Origin: Nitrososphaerales archaeon
GTDB lineage: Archaea; Thermoproteota; Nitrososphaeria; Nitrososphaerales; Gagatemarchaeaceae
Assembly (NCBI GenBank): GCA_035314985.1
Contig: DATFYP010000101.1
Span: 1-59,486, forward strand
Direction of reading: 5' to 3'
Length of the DNA stretch: 59,486 nt
Notes under the pieces: model-generated
What the model was told of the DNA's origin: nothing
Seen by the model: only the letters and a program-made list of their open reading frames with translations
Database searches by the model: none
Position numbers and translations under genes: made by a program
Shown here: piece after piece, positions 53,914 to 59,486 of the stretch
How the letters are laid out: the number at the start of each line of letters is the position of its first letter
Position numbering within the stretch: the first letter of the stretch is position 1

Positions 53914-54147
53914 CTATGCCTCGACGACGATCATGGTGAGGGTGCTCCTCACCTTGTCGAGCCTTCGTATGTTCCAGGTTATGGTCTCCTTGACCTTCTC
54001 CATGGTGTCCGCCTCGACGCGCGCCACGACGTCGTAGACGCCGTAGACGACATAGACGTCCTTCACGTTCTGAATGTCCTTCAGCTTCTTCAGCAGGTCC
54101 TCTTCAGCCCCTAGGTCGGCGTTGATCAAGACGAAGGCCATCGGCAT
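53914..54147 (-). CDS. stand-alone Lrp/AsnC ligand-binding (RAM) domain protein
   Basis: 77 aa. AFVLINADLGAEEDLLKKLKDIQNVKDVYVVYGVYDVVARVEA. Confidence 0.75.
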   Translation of the reverse strand: MPMAFVLINADLGAEEDLLKKLKDIQNVKDVYVVYGVYDVVARVEADTMEKVKETITWNIRRLDKVRSTLTMIVVEA

Positions 54148-54263
54148 TGGATATCGTAATCAATCTGACCGTGTCGGTATAAAAGAGTTGTGAGAATTGA
54201 GACGCGCACGTCGAAGAATTAATACTGACGCCGGGAGACCGCGGGTTCGTTCGGCCAGAGAAT

Positions 54264-54773
54264 TTGAACATCTTCGCTCTCGAAATGGGACAGGACGACC
54301 CGGCAAAGTGCACCGCCCGGAAGATGATACAGATGGACCTGGCAAAGGGGGTCGGGAGGAAGTTTCACGCCTCTGACACAATCATCGTGCTCAACCCATA
54401 CGCCCACCGCACGGTCTCGCCGCTAGACCGAGACGCCAAGGGGATCCTCGTCGTCGACTGCTCGTGGAACCTTGCGCAGGAGATCTTCTTCAAGAGGCTG
54501 GGCGGGAAGCACAGGAGGCTGCCGATCCTGCTGGCAGGAAACCCCACCAACTACGCGAGGCCCGGGATGCTCAGCTCGGTCGAGGCGCTGGCAGGGACCC
54601 TCTACATCCTGGGAGAGGTCGAAGAGGCCGAACGCTACATGAACATCTACAAGTGGGGCCCGACTTTCCTGACCCTGAACCACGACCCGCTGGAGGAGTA
54701 CAGGAGGTGCAAGACCGAGGGCAAGGTGCTCCAGAGGGAGAGGGAGTTCTTCCCGAGCCTCTTCGCACAATAG
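54264..54773 (+). CDS. tsr3: 16S rRNA aminocarboxypropyltransferase Tsr3
   Basis: DDPAKCTARKM...ILVVDCSWN...RRLPILLAGNPTNYARPGMLSSVEALAGTLYILG. Confidence 0.85.
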   Translation: MNIFALEMGQDDPAKCTARKMIQMDLAKGVGRKFHASDTIIVLNPYAHRTVSPLDRDAKGILVVDCSWNLAQEIFFKRLGGKHRRLPILLAGNPTNYARPGMLSSVEALAGTLYILGEVEEAERYMNIYKWGPTFLTLNHDPLEEYRRCKTEGKVLQREREFFPSLFAQ

Positions 54774-54807
54774 GAAACGGTTATTTCCCGATTCCCTGAC
54801 GCTGGGG

Positions 54808-55106
54808 AAGACGCGAGTCGGTGGACGGGCCACGGGGACCTCCTGGGGAAGTTCCTCCCTCACGGCAGGACGCGCGGCGCCACGAGGCGCAGCCGGAGAC
54901 GGCTGGCTCCAGAACAGAAACGACACCCGCCCCATCAAGGGCGATGATAGGGAAACCTTGAGGTCGGTGGGGAGCGGGATGAAACGGCTGACCCGCGCGG
55001 AGCAAGGCCGAACGTGGTCGATGATAGGCCTGCGGGAGACCAAGGTGGGCCGCTTAGCTGAATCCCGTCTAGAACAGGAGGAGGACTACGGCCGAATACG
55101 CGTCAG
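54808..55106 (+). ncRNA. rnpB: RNase P RNA (type A-like), ends +/-5 nt
   Basis: P1 is GACGCG/CGCGTC. The CR-I-like segment GGGGAAGTTCCTCC pairs with the 3' ACAGGAGGAGGACT as P4. AGAACAGAAACG, GGGATGAAACGG and CGGAGCAAGGCCGAA (compare E. coli CGGAGCAAGGCCAAA) are also present. An A/T box gttattt lies about 25 nt upstream. Confidence 0.75.
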
Positions 55107-55110
55107 ATGT

Positions 55111-55143
55111 CCCCTGGGGAGGGCTGAATCCCTCCCCTGGGGG
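55111..55143. repeat. 33-nt near-perfect palindromic hairpin between the RNase P RNA and the rad50 3' end
   Basis: CCCC-T-GGGGAGGG-ctgaat-CCCTCCCC-T-GGGG has an 8-bp G/C core stem plus a 4-bp extension. Confidence 0.4.
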
Positions 55144-55181
55144 TCTTATCCGGGTTCATCGGGTCGGCGCGGGGGCAACAG

Positions 55182-57218
55182 CTACTTTGCGAGTCGGGAT
55201 ACCTCCGAGGTCCCGTTCTTCTTCTCGATTCTGAAGATGTGGTCGGCCATCGACTCCAGCTCCCTTTCATGCGACACCAATATGACCTGTTTCGAATCGA
55301 GCTCGTCCAGAAGGCTCCTCATCTTGTAGACCTGCTCCCTGCTGAAACCGTCGGTGGGCTCGTCCAAGATGACCAGTTCGGGCCTGGACGACACGCTCTC
55401 CCTGACCACCGAGTTCAGGGCGAAGCGGTAGGCAAGCGCCATGCTTGTCCGTTCACCTCCGCTGAGGGCTTCGAAGTCCTGTTCGAAGCCCTCTCTTTCG
55501 AAAAGGGGGGTGAAGTCCTCCCTCACGCGAACCACCATGTCGGGGTCGTCGACCAGCGAGGTGAAGTAGCGTTGGAAATGCTCGTTGAATCGGGTGGCGG
55601 CCTGGGTGAGCGTCTGCTCCTCAATCAACTGCACGGCAGGTCCGAAGAATGAGGAGAGCCAATTCTGATAGCTGGTCAAGCGCCTAGCTTGGTCGGATGC
55701 CTTCTGCTTCTCCGCGACCTCTTCCGACAGTCGCAACAACTCACGTTTGGAGTGTGTGAGCTCCTGCCGAGCCTGGGACAGTGCCAAGCCCGCCTGCTTC
55801 TCCTGTTCTCTGGCATGGGCAAGCCTGGCTTCGAGCTCGGTGATCCGAGCCGAGACCGCAACCATCTCCTTTCCCCGAGATGAGGCCTCTTCCAACTCGG
55901 ATGCGTGAGACGCGAGGCGCGCGCTGGTGTCCCTGAGCTTCCTGCGGAGGTCTTCGATGTCACCGCCGACCCTTGCCTTGTCCTCGGCGGCACGGGAGTA
56001 CGCCTTCTGGGCATCCTCGTACTGCCTTGCAATCTCCAGCCGAGAGGCGTAGGCAGCGACGGTTCTCGACGAAGCGGCGATATCGGCTTCGATTCTAGCC
56101 AACTCTCGCTCCGAGTGCTCGGACCTGGCAGGGAAGTCACCTGAAATCCTTTGACCGCAGAGGGGGCAGACCCCCTTCGAAAGGAGGTCGCGGGTCTTGG
56201 CGAGCTCGGCCTCGACTGCTTGCTTTGAGTCTTTGAGTCTGGTCAGGTTATCTCGCTCCTGGGCGAGTTCGGATTCTAGGTCGCTTGCCTTCGAGTCAGG
56301 CTTTGTTCTCGCCTCGAAGGCCTTGATGATGGGTTCGATGTCTTTGGACAGTTGGGTCTCGGATCTCCCGAGCCTCTCTTCGTCCGCGCCGAGTTCGGCG
56401 TTCAGCTCTGCAATCTGCTTCCTGAGTGTCGGCATCTTCCCTTCACTCCTGGCCAGGCCTTCTCGCAGGCTCAGGGAGTCTTTCCACTCCGATTCTAGGC
56501 GCCGCGTGAGTTTGGAGCAATCGGCTTCTTCCTGATCGAGGCGAGGGATTTCGGATTCCAGCTGGGCGATGTTCCGCGACTTCTCCTCCGCTTCGACTTT
56601 CTTCTCGTCCAAGTCCTCGCTCGTCTTCCTAAAGACGTAAGCGATTTCCTTCAATCCCTTCTCGACAAGGTCGGAGTTTTCCGCGGCCACCTGGTAGCTC
56701 TGCGCGCCCAGTACCCGACGGATGACGTGGAGCCGTTCTTCGGCGTTCTGCATCAGAATCTCCTTCATCTGCTCCTGGGGGGTGAACACCGCGTATCTGT
56801 AGACAAGACTCTCGGCCCTGGGGTGGGTGGGTTCGTTGAACCCGAGGATGGACACGACCCGCTCCTTCAGGTCGCTGGGAGAAAGCCGGGTTCTTTGGCC
56901 TCCTGAGGTGATGAAGCATTCATCCTGAACGACCTCTTCCCCCTTGACCTTCAGCGAGCGGTCGATAGTGATCTCCTGCCCATCAGACTCGAACGAGACC
57001 GACACGCTTCCCTTCTTTCTGCCCTCGCTGAGCAGATGCGCACCCTTCATGTCGCTGAACCCGAAGAGGGCGAATTCGAGGGCGTAGAGCAGCGTTGATT
57101 TGCCCGAACCTATGTCTCCTTCGAGGAGGGTTACTCCTTCCGGGAAGTCGAGCCTGGTCTCGCTTCCGTCGTTGTAGCTCCTGATGTTCCTGACTGCGAT
57201 CTTCCTCACCAGCATCAT
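55182..57218 (-). CDS. rad50: Rad50 ATPase (short coiled-coil, 678 aa)
   Basis: Walker A is GDIGSGKST, the zinc hook is CPLCGQ, the signature is LSGGERTSMALAY and Walker B is LVILDEPTDGF. The start overlaps the mre11 stop. Confidence 0.9.
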   Translation of the reverse strand: MMLVRKIAVRNIRSYNDGSETRLDFPEGVTLLEGDIGSGKSTLLYALEFALFGFSDMKGAHLLSEGRKKGSVSVSFESDGQEITIDRSLKVKGEEVVQDECFITSGGQRTRLSPSDLKERVVSILGFNEPTHPRAESLVYRYAVFTPQEQMKEILMQNAEERLHVIRRVLGAQSYQVAAENSDLVEKGLKEIAYVFRKTSEDLDEKKVEAEEKSRNIAQLESEIPRLDQEEADCSKLTRRLESEWKDSLSLREGLARSEGKMPTLRKQIAELNAELGADEERLGRSETQLSKDIEPIIKAFEARTKPDSKASDLESELAQERDNLTRLKDSKQAVEAELAKTRDLLSKGVCPLCGQRISGDFPARSEHSERELARIEADIAASSRTVAAYASRLEIARQYEDAQKAYSRAAEDKARVGGDIEDLRRKLRDTSARLASHASELEEASSRGKEMVAVSARITELEARLAHAREQEKQAGLALSQARQELTHSKRELLRLSEEVAEKQKASDQARRLTSYQNWLSSFFGPAVQLIEEQTLTQAATRFNEHFQRYFTSLVDDPDMVVRVREDFTPLFEREGFEQDFEALSGGERTSMALAYRFALNSVVRESVSSRPELVILDEPTDGFSREQVYKMRSLLDELDSKQVILVSHERELESMADHIFRIEKKNGTSEVSRLAK

Positions 57219-58468
57219 TTCGCCGCCTCGATTCCGAGCACGTCAAGGCCGGCCTTCAACGTCCTGTCCTGAAACTCACCCTTGTTCTCGTTCTCCTTCT
57301 TCCCCTCCTTCAATGTGTTAAGGAGCGCCAAGGCAAGAGCCACTCCTCGCTCTCCGCGGAGCCTGGGTTCTTCTGACTTCACTCTGGTGATCTCCCGCTC
57401 GAAAAGCTCGCGTTCTGTCTCGTTGACTGGCCTGGAGGGGGCAGCCCGTGCCTTCAGCTCGACGGGGGAAAGGTGGCTGTAGTTGGACAGGACGATCCTG
57501 GGGCCCGACGCTTGCAGCAGTCTCCTTATCGCCGGGAAGTCGATGTCAGATGTCTTCCCGTCTGAGAGCCGTCCTTCGACGGTCAGCAGGACGACCTTCC
57601 CTCTGACACTTGAGTTACCAGCCAACTCGGTCAGCTCCTTCGAGACCCTCCCCGAGGTTTTCCCCTCCGCCGAATAGTGGATCTCGACGATATCGCAGAC
57701 GTGCACTGGGACGAATTCCGTTCCCGTGACCTCTCTGTCATCGAATTCGACGAGGAAGAACCCCCTTTGTTCACCCCGTGCGAGCTGGACGAGTTCCGAA
57801 TAGTCTGTCGCGAAAAGCGGGCCCGGAAATGAGATGTTCGCATGGCCGGGGAGCGAATTCAGGCTCCTGCTGTGAACATGGCCTCCGGCGTAGTAGCTGA
57901 AGCCGGCAGGGAGACTCGAGGCAGGCATGGCCTCCATCTTTTCCAGCGAGGGGGGCTTCAACTCATCAAGAGCCCCGTGGAAGACGAAGATCTTGAACCC
58001 CGGCTCGGCCTGGAGTCCGTCCTTGTCCAAGGCGGCGTATTCGTCCCGGTCAATCGACAACTTCCTCCCGGATATTCCGCAGATTCTCGGTCCGGCCGGG
58101 TCTTGGACGAAGGATAGGCGAACCTGTCCGTCTGCGCTTGACAGGTCCTCGGCCTTCGTGAACAACCCGGCACCATTTAGCACGTCTACGATTGAAGAGT
58201 AGTTCGGGCTGAAGTCGTGAGAGCCGTAGATGGCATAGAGCCTGATCCCAGAGTCGATCGCCTGTTTCATCTTCTGAGCTGCCCTGGTTACGGAGGAGAG
58301 GTCTGGGATGTTCGAGTCGAATATGTCGCCTGCCAGAATGATGAATTCGACTCGCTCTGCAATGCATCTGTCGACTGCTGCCTCGAAGGCGTCCAGGACG
58401 AGAGACCTGAGCTCTGGCTGCCTAAACGCTCCAATGTGTACGTCTGACATGTGCGCGAATCTTGGCAT
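57215..58468 (-). CDS. mre11: Mre11 nuclease
   Basis: FAHMSDVHIG, ILAGDIFD, IYGSHD, VFHGAL and GGHVH are the phosphoesterase motifs I-V. Confidence 0.9.
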   Translation of the reverse strand: MPRFAHMSDVHIGAFRQPELRSLVLDAFEAAVDRCIAERVEFIILAGDIFDSNIPDLSSVTRAAQKMKQAIDSGIRLYAIYGSHDFSPNYSSIVDVLNGAGLFTKAEDLSSADGQVRLSFVQDPAGPRICGISGRKLSIDRDEYAALDKDGLQAEPGFKIFVFHGALDELKPPSLEKMEAMPASSLPAGFSYYAGGHVHSRSLNSLPGHANISFPGPLFATDYSELVQLARGEQRGFFLVEFDDREVTGTEFVPVHVCDIVEIHYSAEGKTSGRVSKELTELAGNSSVRGKVVLLTVEGRLSDGKTSDIDFPAIRRLLQASGPRIVLSNYSHLSPVELKARAAPSRPVNETERELFEREITRVKSEEPRLRGERGVALALALLNTLKEGKKENENKGEFQDRTLKAGLDVLGIEAAK

Positions 58469-58682
58469 CCGACAGGAGGAGGGGCTCGTGGTATATTTGC
58501 GATGAGGCAGCGGCCGGAGGAAGTCTAGGATCTACCACGGAGTTTAAGAGGACACTCGCACTCTTTCTGCAAGGTTGCCCAGAAGGATCACTTGGCTCTC
58601 CAGCGTGATACCGTCCGCGGTGACCGGCATTGGGGATGAAGTCGCAAAGTCCATCGAGGTCGTAGAGAGTCCACCGGCCTGG

Positions 58683-59486
58683 ATGTGCCTGCAATGCCGG
58701 GGGGCGAAGCTTCTTTGTGGGAAGCCCAGATGCCCCATAATCGTCAAGGCGCAAGCGATTGCCAAGGCGGGGGCAGCCATGTCGACCCCGGAGATCGAAG
58801 GGTCTTCCCCGCCAGGGGTGTTCGTCGGGAGGCTGGGCTACCCAAAGGTGTCAATCGGCCCGATGGTCCCTCCCCAGTTCGGGGATACGGCAATTCTCGA
58901 TACACCTGAGGATTGGTTGGGCAGGCCCATTGATCAGATAGTAGACTACAGGTACTCCTTGATCAGGGGGAACACCAGGGCCAACGTTGTCGACGCCAGA
59001 GAGCCAGGAAGGTTGTTGATGAGTCTGCAAGAGCTTGCCATGGCGAGCCGGCCAGTCGATTCGGAACTGAAGTTGACGAAGGCCCCGAGGAAGATCCTGA
59101 CCCTGAGCGAGGACACCCAGCCGTTCGGTCCGTCGGCCCCACTTAGCGGGTTCCATCTAGGTAACTCCACCCCTGACCGGAGGATAGAGACGGCCTACTA
59201 CGACAGGGACCTGAAGGCTGTGGACGCCGTGTCGGAACTCTACCGCAAGGGGGTCCTCGTGACGAGAATACAGAAGGCGTTCAGTCTGGGGATGTTCGGG
59301 AGCGGCGCCCGGAGGCGGATGGTGCCCACCAGGTGGAGTATCACGGCCGTGGACAGCTCGCTTAGTCTGGCCGCGCTCGACAAGGTCAAGCACAACCCGA
59401 CCATTGACGAGCACAGGGTTTACGGGTTCAACGTCTACGACAACCAGTACGTTGCGATACTGCTCCCCGAGCAGTGGAGGTTTGAG
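58683..59486 (+). CDS. nreA: NreA-like DNA repair protein (DUF650/DUF651), 3'-truncated by the window end
   Basis: This open-ended frame is not in the ORF track. It reads MCLQCRGAKLLCGKPRCPII...SPPGVFVGRLGYPKVSIGPM...MVPTRWSITAVD. An alternative TTG start lies at 58575. Confidence 0.75.
   Translation, partial: MCLQCRGAKLLCGKPRCPIIVKAQAIAKAGAAMSTPEIEGSSPPGVFVGRLGYPKVSIGPMVPPQFGDTAILDTPEDWLGRPIDQIVDYRYSLIRGNTRANVVDAREPGRLLMSLQELAMASRPVDSELKLTKAPRKILTLSEDTQPFGPSAPLSGFHLGNSTPDRRIETAYYDRDLKAVDAVSELYRKGVLVTRIQKAFSLGMFGSGARRRMVPTRWSITAVDSSLSLAALDKVKHNPTIDEHRVYGFNVYDNQYVAILLPEQWRFE

Noticed and set aside
1-59486. CRISPR arrays, rRNA genes, and inteins in AtpA, NrdJ, DnaG or the helicases
   Set aside because: No regularly spaced direct repeats and no rRNA-like conserved strings were seen. 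All candidate host proteins have normal lengths and uninterrupted motif order.

Overview
This is an archaeal chromosomal window of about 60% GC by eye. It is densely packed and mostly housekeeping, with many start/stop-overlapped (ATGA/GTGA/TTGA) operons. All family calls are by-eye motif recognition; no searches or folding were run.

Recognisable content:
- Energy and central metabolism: an A/V-type ATP synthase block (H-F-E-A-B-D plus a coupled mini-ORF), enolase, and a DtxR/MntR repressor divergent from an NRAMP transporter.
- Translation and RNA modification: a TrpRS-PheS-PheT operon, aIF1A, NAC, TFE, pelota and DnaG, plus Ncs6/TtuA, aTrm56, Trm112, TiaS and Tsr3.
- Nucleotide metabolism: class II RNR (NrdJ).
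- DNA repair, which is heavily represented: two Lhr-type helicases, an MPE phosphoesterase, EndoQ, AAG/Mpg glycosylase, Mre11-Rad50, and NreA (cut by the window end).

The ORF track hides at least seven RNA genes: SRP RNA, RNase P RNA, and five tRNA or tRNA-like genes. Every one of the tRNA genes is interrupted by 2-3 introns, many at non-canonical positions. That pattern points to a Thermoproteota (Thermoproteales/Thermofilum-like) lineage.

The most interesting candidate system is a three-gene operon at 5026..8298:
- a hinge-less SMC-like ATPase with an Smc5/6-like head,
- a kleisin-like protein,
- a tandem winged-helix MAGE/Nse3-like kite protein.
It is bracketed by the two Lhr helicase paralogues and followed by an unknown gene plus the MPE nuclease.

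The second candidate is a wHTH + ATP-cone + NrdD-like protein with no glycyl-radical motif, sitting directly upstream of nrdJ.

Accessory or odd elements:
- IS6-family transposase remnants,
- a low-GC PD-(D/E)xK nuclease gene next to tRNA-Pro,
- two free-standing LAGLIDADG genes,
- a 38-aa ORF with 9 cysteines.

No CRISPR array and no rRNA were seen.
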